From Gracilinanus agilis (taxonomy: Eukaryota): DNA of 64,000 nucleotides. Below are positions 35,041 to 47,657 of this stretch, in pieces. The stretch covers positions 494,775,127-494,839,126 of the forward strand of contig NC_058132.1 of NCBI RefSeq assembly GCF_016433145.1, in the 5' to 3' direction. Under the pieces are notes generated by a model. That model worked only from the letters and a program-made list of their open reading frames with translations. It was not told the origin of the DNA and did not search any database. A program made the translations under genes and the position numbers. Numbering within the stretch: the first letter of the stretch is position 1; each line of letters starts with the position of its first letter.

Positions 35041-36654
35041 TTCCCATTCTCCTTTCCTATAGCTTTTATTTCTAGAGACTTTTCCAAGGTGACAGTAGTT
35101 CCCCAAAATGAAAATTAGCAATTATTAGGGCAGGAATCAGTAAAAAGACAAAGAGAAAAAGAAAGAAAATCCTCACATAGTTTATGTATTGCTGAAAATA
35201 CAAGCAAATCTTAATAAAAAATTACTAAAACACAGTGTTTGTATGGAAAAAAACCACAAAATCCTAACAGAATCTCAAGAAAATTAAAATGCACATTCAT
35301 GCATGTACGTGCGTATGCATTCACATGCATACGTATTGAACCATACTTCTCCCTGTCATATAGACATAAATTATACCCCCATCTAAGAATTTTGGCATGT
35401 CACTATTCCCAGGAAATATTAACCTGGCTTGATGTTGGGATCCCCTGGCTAATTGCCTTGACGATCTTCACTCTCCACGTGCAGTCCCTGGTCTTGTAAC
35501 TCTTGATGCTACCGTGAGTGAGCTGGAATCTCCATTTTGGAATACAAATATTTTGTAGGACGTTCTGTTTATGGCCTTAATAGTATTCACCTCTTAATTC
35601 AGTTTTTCATTTAAACTCTGGGGGAGCATCTGTTTGGCAATATGTCTATATAGAATACCATGTACTTTCAAAGTGTTTGATTTGGCAGGACAATTGCAAG
35701 ACTTATTAATGTTATGCCTTTCAATCTTCTTCTTCAGAGTTTTGGGATGTTGCTTTTCTTTATACTTTGTTCCTAGATGAAGTTTGTGGCTATTCTGAAC
35801 ACTCCTTCAAGTTGTCTTGAATACTGTCAAGGGTAGTAGTGTTTGCAGCAAAGCATTCTGCCCATGCAAAATATCAAAAATCCATGGCTATGCTGAAGCT
35901 CCCATGCTTGGGCTTGGCTTAAGTTCTAATTACACTAATTACTGAAATAGAATAGGGATTTCCTTTTCTCATTATTAAAGGATACAGCTCAAGCCATAAT
36001 GGGCTACATTATCCTGCCACAAAGACACAGATTCTACAATTGCTTAATGCACAGGCCAGAGCTTATTGGTCTCCTGGGAGAAAGGGGTTGGGGTGGGAGA
36101 GAGGAAGGAGGGGTGTGGAAATGTCTGCTCCTGGGATTGTCCCAAATCACAAAAGGGTTGGCTGGGGGTTGGGGGAAGACAAATGATGTCATCCTAAATC
36201 TGAGAGAAAAAAAGATTCACGTTATTATCAAAATAATGCTTCTAGACATTATAGTCTCGTTATGGTAAGGAAGCAATTTTTTAATCATTTTTTCCACTTG
36301 GGGAACCCCTGAATTCCTTCCATTTACACGACAACTGGAAAAACGGGGAGCTGGCCTGCACACCTCTCTGAGAAAGCAGACAAGGACGTGGAGCCCTGCC
36401 TTTCAGGGGCCAGGGGAGCAGCAGGACCTGAGCAGGGATGGTGAGAGGATGCCCTGAGGCCCTTTTGGCAGCAGGATGACAACAGCCCTCAGGAGGCCAG
36501 TCTCCAATAACCCTCCCACAACTCAGACATGACCCTAAGACTAAAAACCCTTCTGGATGGTATTTCCCTTAGAAACATGGCTGGCATTGTGTGTGGGCTT
36601 GGGTTGGGATAGAAGGGAGGTAATCTCAACAAAGGAACCATTTCAGGAGAAGAG

Positions 36655-36815
36655 AGGCATTGTGGTGTGGTGGACAGAGCCCTGGGTTGGGAGACAGAAG
36701 ACCTGGCCCATAGCCCCAGTTCTGCCACGGACAAGTTAACTGACTTTTAGACCTCTTAAAAAAGTCTTTAGTTTTTTAATCTGGAAAATGTGGCAGCTGG
36801 ATAAAGTTCTATTCC
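36655..36815 (+). mobile_element. MIR
   Basis: ggcattgtggtgtggtggacagagccctgggttgggagacagaagacctgg. Confidence 0.75.
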
Positions 36816-37629
36816 ATGATGTCACCTTTAGTAGCTAGTTTCACTGAAATATTAGGTGAAATTCTAACCACAAAAAGAAAAAAAAGGCAGTTTTATGGGG
36901 ATAGAATCAATTTTTTTAGAGAAAAAATAAACCATGGCTAGATCCCCTACATGACATAATTGCAACCAATTGTAACCATTAAAGAGGGAAATCTTAGGGT
37001 CATCATAAGGACTCCCAGATTAGAGAATGTGACCCTAGAGATTGTGCCAGAGAAAAGAAGACTTCAAAGTAGTGTAATCCCAGCAGGTTGCTCTCCCGTG
37101 GAAAAAAGACTTGACTTGTGAAAAGAGAGAAAAAAGTAATATGAACTAGTGATGATAGGCAAAAGACCTGGCACTGGTATAAACTGTTTATCTGCCTGAG
37201 GTGCCCATCCTGAATCTCTGCCTTCTACTCACCAGCCTACAACTTAGTAGTAAAAGGATTTTAAAAAAGAGCCAACTACGTGCTAGGCACTGTGCTAAGG
37301 TTGGGGGAATACAAAAAGATACAAAAGACAATCCATCTCTGCCCTCTCCCCCACGCTCATCCTACTCCCTGTCATTTGTGACAAGAAGAACTGGCAGGGT
37401 CTCCCCCTGAGCTCTGAGGAAATTTCTAGTTCCAGGGTACTTACCATTTAAAAACGTTATAATTTTCCTGAATGGTTATATGTGATGTTGTCTTTATTAA
37501 AAAGAACAAGTCTGGACTGAATCTGTGATTTCATTGGTATTCAGAACTCCAAGGGAGGATATCTCCTCTACCAAATAATATTTATACCCCACTAGGTGGG
37601 TTAAAGTCCTGAAGAGTTGCCTGAGGTAT

Positions 37630-38170
37630 TGAGAAGTTTGGCAAAATGACTTGCCCAGGGTCACACAGTCACTATGCCTGCCATGCAAGCCTCGAAGGCA
37701 CATCTTTCTGAATCAAAGTCCTGTTCTTTATTTATTACTTCATGCTGCCCCAACAAATTTAAACATTTATCAAATAATCTTCTTGAACACTAATTCAATA
37801 TCATATTGAATTCCCAATTATTCTTTTTTATGCTTAACTTGCACTTCCTAGAATTATGGTTATCTCTCTATCTCCACAACTCCAATAGATTTTCAACTCC
37901 TCAAGAAATAGACCCCATATGATTTGTGTCTCTGTAATCACTGCAAGGTCTTGTATAATTAAAAAAAAACCAGATTGTTCACTGGCTAGAGGAATTCCAG
38001 GTAAAGAAATTTCCTCTGTCAAGGAAAATGGGCACCTGCTTTGTATCCTAGTCTTAGAGAGTTAGCTAAGACATGAAGAGATGAAGTGACTTGATTTGTG
38101 TCACACAGCCAGTTCCTGTCAGAGCTAGGTAGGATTCTAGCCCTTTCTATGCAAGCTTTCTATTCATTTT
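37630..38170 (-). mobile_element. Two MIR fragments (about 37630-37745, 38060-38170)
   Basis: atgacttgcccagggtcacacag; aagtgacttgatttgtgtcacacagccag. Confidence 0.6.
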
Positions 38171-39605
38171 TCCGTGATATCTCACCTGTTCCCATGTGTT
38201 TACCCAATTCTGCAATAAATATTGGAGAAGCCAGACTATGATTTTTCTTAGTGATCTGTTGAAATAACTTAGGATCTTTCCATAGGTGCTCTCTATTCAA
38301 GGATAAATACATTTTATCCATTCATTCCGACCAGGCTTTGATAGGATATTTTTTAAACAATTTCCAATCGAGAAAGGAGCCTTTCAGATTGTTCTCATAG
38401 GGAAGTCGGAGAGAAAGTGAGAGCAACTTTGTTAGATCTAAACACAACCTTGGTGGAATATTCTAAGGTGGAATAGTAACAGGTTGAGCGGTGGCTTTCA
38501 TAAATACTTTCTCAATGATGAAAACAATCCCTGTAGACTCCTGAATGTAGTTGTGAGATGCTCACAACTTTAGAAAGCTTTACTCATTGGGGAAAAAATT
38601 AAAAAGAAGATAGTAAAAGGGAAGCATGAATAAAAAGTAGGCTTTTATAAATATCTTGCCATTTCTGTGTCTTTTCCATCAACATATCATAGCTGCAGAC
38701 TGTCCTCTTGAGCATCACCAAAGCTTTCATATGACTTTAGATTTCAAAGCTACAGGTGGTCTACAAGAGCAATACTTCAAAGGCAGTTTGATTAAATGAA
38801 ACAATGTTTATGTAATATGGACCTCAGATCTTTGAACTTTTCTTGTTCAATTCATTCTACAAAGGTTCAATTAGGGGGAGATCAGAGGACACTGTGCCAC
38901 GAACCCTTTCCATCTGTCACTCATGTTTGTCTTTTCAAATATCTTTAATATAAAACCGGGGACAACAATTTATTTTGAGACTGTAATAATCATAATACAA
39001 AAGCCCCTTTCAGAGGAGTGATGTCCTCGGCTCAGAGACATGGAGCAGGCCCACGTAAGCCTCATTTGAAGTGGATCTTGGAGCTCTGGCAGGATTTTGA
39101 TTCATCATCCTGTTACAACTTGTCCTCCTATTGATAACTTGCGCTTACTGCCAACAAAACAACGAGCCAAAGAGGCCCTCCTTTTGGGGAGCCTTTGTAT
39201 CAGTGACTGAAGCTTATTTAACTTATGTATCTTGTGGTTTTGCCTTCAGTGAAAGAAAAACTGATCCTAACAGTTTTAAACTTGTTAATTCAAGCCATAT
39301 GTCAGAAAACCAGTCTCCATATGGTCCACCACCACCTTATATTTACAGGGTGCTGCTTTTCAAAACATTATTCTAAAAGCTATATTTGCCCTCAGAGTTA
39401 ATATGTGGTATCCTGTGCTTTTGAATACTGTTTTTAAAATATCTCGGGCTTCTAAATCTCAGGCTGATGTAGCAAAGACATACTGATTATTAAAAACTAA
39501 TTACAGCCCGTTTTATTGGCAAAAATGTGCTAATCAAGTCCATGAGTAAAAAAAGTATGCTAAAAAGGAGATCCTGGTTGCCAATCCCCTGTCTCCAAAT
39601 GTGGC

Positions 39606-39652
39606 AAAAAAAAAAAACTAAAAAAAAAAAAAACTAAAAAAAAACTAAAAAA
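39606..39652. repeat. (A8-13CT)n A-rich repeat
   Basis: Directly visible. Confidence 0.9.
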
Positions 39653-40249
39653 GGAAACAAGAAGAGAGGGAAAATCATAACCTCGCTAATTATAAATACA
39701 ATTTGTTGTTTCATTGCAAAATGTCCAAAACAGCTACAGTTATATTCATGCAAGAAAAATGGGTTTCTCACTTTCCCGGCTTGAAGAAAAATGTTTAAAT
39801 GCAATCACAACTCCAAATGTCATAAAAATGCACAGCCTCGCAAAGAGTACTTTCTTCCTGTCTGATGCCTAGCAATCATGGAGACGCAGCACTCATACTG
39901 ACCCAAAACATTAAGAGAGATCTTTCTATTATGCTCATTCCCCCCAAATACCTACATTTGAGACTGCAGATGGATTGGTGCATAATTACCTTCTAACAGC
40001 TTTGTTTGAGCTACAGAGTCCGAGCATGGTTTTGATTCAAGAGACATGCTTGTGAATAGAGTTGGCACTGTATAGATGGCCAATGCATGTTAAGTGTGTC
40101 ATTTCTTTTTCTGGAGATCACTAGAAAAAAAAATCTTCCCCCTTATGACTGGTTCATAGACTGGGCATTCACATTTCTGCTCCTATTTTGGTGTCACTTG
40201 TAACTTTCCATTGGCAAGCTCTTGAATTTTTTTTTCCATAGATGAAAGC

Positions 40250-40250
<1 letters not shown>

Positions 40251-40289
<39 letters not shown>
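40251..40289. repeat. (GT)n microsatellite
   Basis: Directly visible. Confidence 0.95.
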
Positions 40290-40292
<3 letters not shown>

Positions 40293-43200
40293 GGGTGATT
40301 TACTATCACAGAGAGCCTCATCTCTTTTCTCTCTAGCTTCATTTGTGTGTTCCTTTCTCTTTGTGGTCTTTCAAAACACTTCTCCCCAGTTTCTCCCCAT
40401 TTCCTTTCTTGTACTCGTATTTTCCTAGATTACTTCTATTTTTCAGAGTTTATTAGAAAATGAAAACCTATTTTATTTTCCTAGTGTCAGTTTTTTTCTT
40501 CGAAACTAATATAAAGGGTCTCCAAGTGATCTCCAAAACTAGAAGCTGCATTAGAGCCATGGGTGGAGGTCCAGGGGAGGAATGGCATTTTTAACCCTTG
40601 AGGAGAGCAAACAAGTTATGATGTAGAGCCATGAAGTATACTCTGATCACAAGCCATGAAAAAATTATTTAAAAATCCACTTCCAGGCTTAAACTCCATC
40701 CAAATGAACTGGCAAAAAGATTTACTTTAAAAGCCACAGTGCAGTGGGACTTACCATCCAGAGACAAGTTATTGGAAAATTCAAGGCAATGACATGTTCC
40801 ATAAGTTAATAACTATTGATAGTTTGAGTAACACCCATTCATGCAATAACAAAACACAACAGCTTTCTGAAATTAAAAACATGCACATGTGAATGAAATG
40901 GTTCAATGTATTATATGATGGAGGGGGGAGTGGATAGTTATTCAATAGCATCCCAGTTAGTTTAAGCTACTAACCAATCAAGCCATTCACAGTACACAAT
41001 ACCTTTTAATACTGCAGCCTATGAATGATCGGTGTAAGAATGATGCATTGTCTCTCTGTTGAATGCATCTCTTAGAAAATGAACATTCCCGCAGAAGCAA
41101 AATTCAAGATGGGAAGTGGAGATAAGTGCAAACTTGGCCCTATTTGCTCAAACCAAAGCCAGAGTCCACTCCATGATATAGTGCCTTAGCCATTTGGGAA
41201 TGACCTCTTGTAAAGAATGAGAAATAGTAATATTCTATGATTTACGATGGTAGATTAGGCCAGCGATTATTTCCGTCAGAAAAGGTGTCCTTTCTGATAA
41301 TAGCTCAGCTCCTTGGGCAACTGAACAGCAGCATGTTTGTGAGTTTTACCAGTTTCCCCAGCAGTGAAATCAAGGGGCTTAATGGTTAGCTCATTACCAG
41401 TGGAGAGCAAAATGGGTCGGCTAATGTCTTACAAATGGGCATGAATCGCTTTAAGGATCTTAAACTCTTACAGCTTTTTTTTCCCCCTTTCTTTCACTTT
41501 CTTTGCCTAGGCTTCACTAATCTCAATAATCTGTCATGCCTGGAAGGGTACTGATGAAATCTGTCCCCCCACCCCAATCCCCCTTCAACACACACCCGTG
41601 TTTTTTTTGTTTCCCCTGGAAGAAAATCCTAGAGCTGATAGGCATACACTTTCTAAATTGCAAGAGAGAGTTTTTGATGGAGCCCCCTGAAATGATACCA
41701 CATGAAAATCTCTATGTCGTTCCGGGCTCTCAGGCTATATAAACAAACTAGCTCTTGGTCTTGAAAGAATGAGATGTCTTAGCATAATTTGGGAATAAAA
41801 ACATATTACTCTAATTAAATACTGTAATTGTACATTCTTGGCCTGCTGTTATCAGGAAACATCTGGCACCGCCACAGAATCGCTTTGTAAGTGCAACCTC
41901 AGTACAATACAACACTCAGTCTCCATCTCTATAGTATACAGTTCGCCTCTCCCAGGCTTCACACACAGGATGGCAGCCGAGAGGATTTCTGCAAGATCCA
42001 ACTGCTACCAAGTTACTAAATTATCTTCTAACAAGCTGAGTCACTTAGGACATATTAGGTTAACTGACCATCAGCAACGATTCCACAAGATAAATTACAC
42101 ATATTGAGCTGCCCCCTAGGCTTCAACTTCTGATAAATAATTAATGGCACAGAAGTGAAATGATTAAGTTGTAAATGGTATTTTGAACTCGGCTGATTCA
42201 AAGAGTCTTCATTTTGGAAAAAAAAAGTTTATTGGGGGATGTTGCAGCTACACTTATTAATAATATGGATAATAACATGTTAATCTAATCTTAAAACCAT
42301 TAAGTAGGAGATTAGGTCTCATTCAAATATATATAACAGACATAAATGCAATCTTAGCAGTAAGTTTTTCCCCTCCCATTTTAATTATATTTGACTTTCA
42401 GGAATTTAACATTTCATTATACATAAACGAGCAGATTTCCAAATTGTCATGTCAGAATAAGGTCTCATTTTTAAGACACTGATATAATTGGTATTTTTGT
42501 AAAATAAGGATATAACACGGATAACACTGTAAAAATGGTAATGATATTTCATGATTAGGAGGAAACAAACAGTACAGAATAATCTGCCTATATTATCGTT
42601 GTGAGAAGCATTTGGCATATTTCTAAAAGAATTTTTTTCAATGAAGTAATCTTAAGTATACAAATATTTCCATTTTCAAGAAAATGCGACTTTAGTAGCA
42701 CTACACATTCATGGTTCTTATATGTGTATGAATTCATTCTTTTCTATTTATGGATTGGTTTTCATGAATGTTCATAAAATCATTAATGAATTTGGGTTGG
42801 CTGGCTAAATTATAGAGCTCTATGCACCTATCTTCAGGAAAACTTATCTAAACCTAAAAATCCAATGCAAAGAATAAATTCCTAAACATGAAAAAGCAAA
42901 TGTTTTTAAGCCCCATATTTCTAAAACTTTAGAAAGCAGAGATGGAATTGCATTATTTTAATGATGGTGCCTAGCAGTAGAGCTAGGTGTTATATGCTTT
43001 GAAATAACTAATGAGAAATAATCATTAACATAAATATCTCATCAGAAAAGCATTCCTTTGGAAGACATTTCCCCCCACTAACTTTTATCAAGCAAACTTT
43101 AAAACAATAGTGTCCTTAAAATTTAGGATAGTCTTCCTTATTTAAATCTTATTCTTTCACCAGTCCCATTGAATCAGGAGGAAGGATATGATTTAACAAG

Positions 43201-43293
43201 GGTATGAGGACTAGCATGACAAATACTATTACAATGATTACAATGATATAGGTCTATGATAATGTTTTATCCCACTTTAATTAATGAATAATG

Positions 43294-43530
43294 TTAGGTG
43301 GTGCAGTGGATAGAGTGCTAGGTCTGAAATCAGGAGAATTAGTCTTCCTAACTTCAAATCTGGCTTCAGACACTTACTAGCTGTGTGACTCTGGACAAGT
43401 CACTTAACCCTGTTAGCTTCATCTATAAAATAAGATGGAGATGGAAATGGCAAACCACGCCTGTATCTTTGCCAAGAAAAGCCTAAATGGAGGTCACAAC
43501 GAGTCAGACACAACTAAAAACTAACCAAAC
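43294..43530 (+). mobile_element. MAR1-type CORE-SINE with RTE-derived tail
   Basis: taggtggtgcagtggatagagtgc head, CORE, tail gaaatggcaaaccac...tatctttgccaagaaaa...gagtcagacacaact. Confidence 0.88.
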
Positions 43531-44659
43531 ACACATACTGCTTTTGTAATGAGGAATTGGCCCCTGAACACAGTACTTGTAGGCATTCACAGAAGGTAGG
43601 CATGCACAGGGGACCTCTGAAGAAATTTCCCATGTGAAAGTGGACAGGAACTTGCTTCCAGGAAAGTTGTGATGATAGGTAATGGAAGTGCCTTTGAAAG
43701 AAATTTAAGACCATGTGTAACTAGTACTGGTTTGCTAAGCATGTGCCTATTTGTTGAAGTTGCATTTAATAAATGTTGGCCTCTTCACTCTCTTGAAGTA
43801 ATTAATTGTTCTGGGTTTGAACTCTTTCTAAATTTAGCTCCTTTTCTTCAGCTCACTTCTTCCTGACTTTAGGTATGAAAGAAGAGACATCATTGAGGGG
43901 AGAGATCTTGGGCATTTCTCATGTGAGGTAGACGTATTTGGTGAGTGCAGGTCTCAGTTCTTTGATTTGGTGTTTTTTTTTTGTTTGGTTGGTTTTTTGT
44001 TTATATTTTAAAATTAGGTGAAGGAAATTGGTGACCATGGCCTTGTGAGTTTTGGAAGCTCGAGAACTCAAGGCACCAGGGTGATCTAAGAGTGAAATCC
44101 ATGCAGGGTTTTGAGCCAGCAGAGCATCATTGTTGTAAGAAATAAAAAGCAACCTTTGAGAATTAGCCCAGGAGTAACTGAAACAGTGAATTTCATTTTG
44201 CTTGGTATTGGTTTTACTATGTAGCATTGAAAAAATATTCCAACATAGATTAAGTGCCTACTATGTGCACTGATGATACAAATACAGAAACCAAAGCATC
44301 TCTGCCCCTAAGGATTTTGCATTGTATTTTATCATGGGTAGTAGGATAGCATATACATTTTGTGTTGTTCAAAGAATCTAAATGGTAGATCTTCTTGCTA
44401 TTTCCCAAGTTACAAAATTCTTTCATTTTTCTATTAGAATGGAATTACAACTTAGTTTCACATAGCATTTTACAGGAAAGGATATGGTTGATATTCTTGT
44501 ATCAGTCGATACAGGCCAAATGGATATTATTTTCCTTCTAAAATATATATAGTACTCATTGATTTGGCAACTTAGTACCTACAGGAGCTATATGTCAATT
44601 TTTTGACTTCTCACGGCTGTCTACATTTTAAAAATACTTATAACCTTGATGATTAAAAA

Positions 44660-44810
44660 ACATAAAATCATATTATTTTAGAGCTCAAAGGCATATTAGT
44701 CAAAATGGTTCATTTTATAATTCAGGAAACTGAGGCTAGAGTCATATGCATAGTTAATATAAAAGTTAAGAACTTAGGTCTTTTAACTGTTCACTGTTTT
44801 CCCACTATGT
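44660..44810 (-). mobile_element. MIR
   Basis: cattttataattcaggaaactgaggct. Confidence 0.6.
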
Positions 44811-44984
44811 TATGTTGATATGGTGAAATTAGAAACTTAAACCCTACTGGTTAATTCCTATAGTTGTAGATGAATCACAGAAATACAATGGAACCAGATG
44901 TATATTGCTATATGTATTTATAGAGTTTCGAGCTGTGGGTTGGGAAAGGAAGAAATGGATTTTGTTTATATTTGTAAATTAAAT

Positions 44985-45425
44985 TTTAAATTTTATTTCA
45001 GACATACTTGTAGATACAATTTTAATAATTTTTTCTGACATTTTTTGATCCATATGTTTTCCCTTCCTCCCTCCCCAAGATGACAGGTAATACGATATAG
45101 GTTGTATACGTGCCATCACACAATACATATTTCCATGTTGTGAAACAAGACACATATCACTTGCACTAGAGAAAAATTGGTGGAGTAAATAAAGTGAAAA
45201 ATGTTATGCTTTAATCTATATTCAGACTGCATCAGTTCCTTCTATGGCGGTGGATAGCCTTTTTCATCATGAGTGCCATAGAATTGTCCTGGATCTTTGT
45301 TTGCATTGCTGGTAATAAAGTCATTCTCAACTTATCATCATATAGTATGCTGTTGTTGTGTATAATATTCTGGTTCTGCTCACTTCACTTTGCATCACTT
45401 CATAGAAGTCATTCCAGGTTGCATA
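44985..45425 (-). mobile_element. Older marsupial L1 3'UTR fragment
   Basis: ttctggttctgctcacttcactttgcatcacttcatagaagtc and attcagactgcatcagttcc are complementary to the L1 at 58.8-59.0 kb. Confidence 0.85.
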
Positions 45426-45589
45426 TTCATATTCTAAAAGACTCCTTCTGCAGGCATAGGTTGAGAAAAGCTGATATGACAACATTATCAAATGCTTTGA
45501 GTCCCTTCTGCATATCTTTCTTTTAATGACTTGTGACTTCACTTGAATGTTCTTAACTACTCCTGTATCTTACTTACAGGACCAAAAAC

Positions 45590-45765
45590 TTTAGGAAGGA
45601 CTCTCAAGAGATCATCTAGTTCAACACTTTACATTAAATAAAAATATATTAAATAGAATGAAAGGCCAAAGAGTAGAAACCACTTGTTTGTTAATACACA
45701 GTAAGTTGCAGAGTCAGGACTGAAACACAGATCTTTTGACTGCAATCTCAGTTCTCTTTTCATTT
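45590..45765 (-). mobile_element. MIR
   Basis: agagatcatctagttcaac...gcagagtcaggactgaaacacagatcttttgact. Confidence 0.6.
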
Positions 45766-47467
45766 TCACATTATGATTATTAATAAAAAATTGTAAATAT
45801 GTTACTTAAAGTTGCTTGATGTTACTTAATAGAATTATCAGAAGATCCTTAAAGTATGTATATTAAAAAAAAAAAAGGAGATTGAATACACCATTTTCCG
45901 GGAAAGTTTTCATTTTACTCCTTTTAAGGCTATATAAATATATATGTATATACATATATAAAATAAACACACTTATTAAACTTATTAACACACATTAAAC
46001 TTTATTCATAAACATTAATAAAACAATATTCAATGAGTTAATATAAAATATTTCATTTTGTTTTCAAATTCAGAATAATTGTAAACTTTATCTAGAACTT
46101 AGAAGGCTAATTGATCCTTCCTATTGTGTTCTTACCTAATAATTCCAACCATGATTTAAATGACTAGTTGGAATTGAGGCAAAGGAGGCTTGGTCCACAA
46201 ATCTCAAATCTTACTCTCTCTCAGCCCAAATGAATCAAACATTCAATCATCAGCGATTTAATTTGTGTCTGAAATTGTGCTAAGTGAGAGTTCCTGTAAA
46301 AGTCAAAAAGGAAGTTCCTAAGAAGACCTGTGTTCTCTGGGAATGTATTTTTCATTTTGGTCACCTGAAGTCAAAAGTCCACAATCCTAATGGTTTTGAA
46401 AGGGACGAAATATGTCTACCTAGTTGGGTGAGACCATATGGTCTGTTTGCAGATTGACTAGTTTCCACATGTGGTTCATAATATACGTAGCCCATGTGCT
46501 TCCACTAAGAATATTTCAACACAGATGCAGAGAAACATATTTTTGGCAAAGATATCACAGAATATGATGCTGCCTATGTAAGGTAGGAATGGTGGTGTTT
46601 TTTGAAAATCACTGTCATTTTTTTCATTCCCAGGACAGTTACAAAACACTGATATTGTTTGATGAATGCATTGTAATGAGACAAATACCCAGTGAGTGAA
46701 GAAAATGTTTCTCTATAAAGTCCGTACTGATATTTTCTACTGATTGAAAATCTGCCTATGCAAAAAGGTCTTGAATTAGACTTTCTTTGCCTCTTCTCCA
46801 GCCAGTTTGTTATAATCGAGAGCTGAAGTTGAGAGGAGAAGCTCGACCATAATTATCAGATGGCCACCTCCTCCTACCTTGAAACAGGCATATTGAGACA
46901 TAAAAGTGATGTGTATAGAACAGCTTTGTTTATGAAAACTTGCCTGGAAAGTGAAATTCGACATTTCAAACCCCAATTCCGTCTGACTTCTCTTGTAAAA
47001 TCTAAAAAGTGTTTTATCAAGAAAAAGAAAATGGAATAAACTACTGAAACACATAACTAGCATTTATTGAAGTCTGATCATGTACAGGGCATTGCCCTGG
47101 GTACACTGTACTCCCTCAGACTGTGAACCATGCTAGGAATGGTGAGGTAAAGGAGAAAGTAAGGCAGAGGCTGTCTTGGCAATGCCAGAATGGCAAACTT
47201 TCAGCTAATTACCAGCATCTTCGGCATAGGCAAGCAGCCTAGAGGGTAGCTTATTTAGCAGCCTGTCTCATCATCCACTCCCTCCCTTAATTTTGCTCTT
47301 TTCTTTCTTTTCTCTGACTGCCTGACCTTGCAAACCTAAACAAAGCGAAACAATTGGATTGTTTTAAACATGGACTAGAAATAGTACTGTCATTCTAACT
47401 AGCCATAGATACCTTTGAAGATGTGTGCATTATAGAAACCCTTTTAGGTACGGGTATCTGTATGTGG

Positions 47468-47657
47468 GGAGAGAGACAAGAAAGAGAAGAGAGAGAGAAA
47501 AGAATGAGAGGAGACAGAGGAGAGAGTGGGAGAGGAGAGAGAGGAAAGAAGAAAGAGGAGAAGAGATGGAAAGAGAGAGGGAAAAATAGAGATAGAGAAA
47601 GGAAGGAGGGGAGAGACAGAGACAGACAGACAATTAGACAGAAATACAGACAGAGAC
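47468..47657. repeat. GA-rich low-complexity / (GACA)n tract
   Basis: Directly visible. Confidence 0.9.

Noticed and set aside
47085-47099. Palindrome CAGGGCA-T-TGCCCTG
   Set aside because: Does not fit p53 (CWWG) or NFI spacing; expected occasionally by chance.
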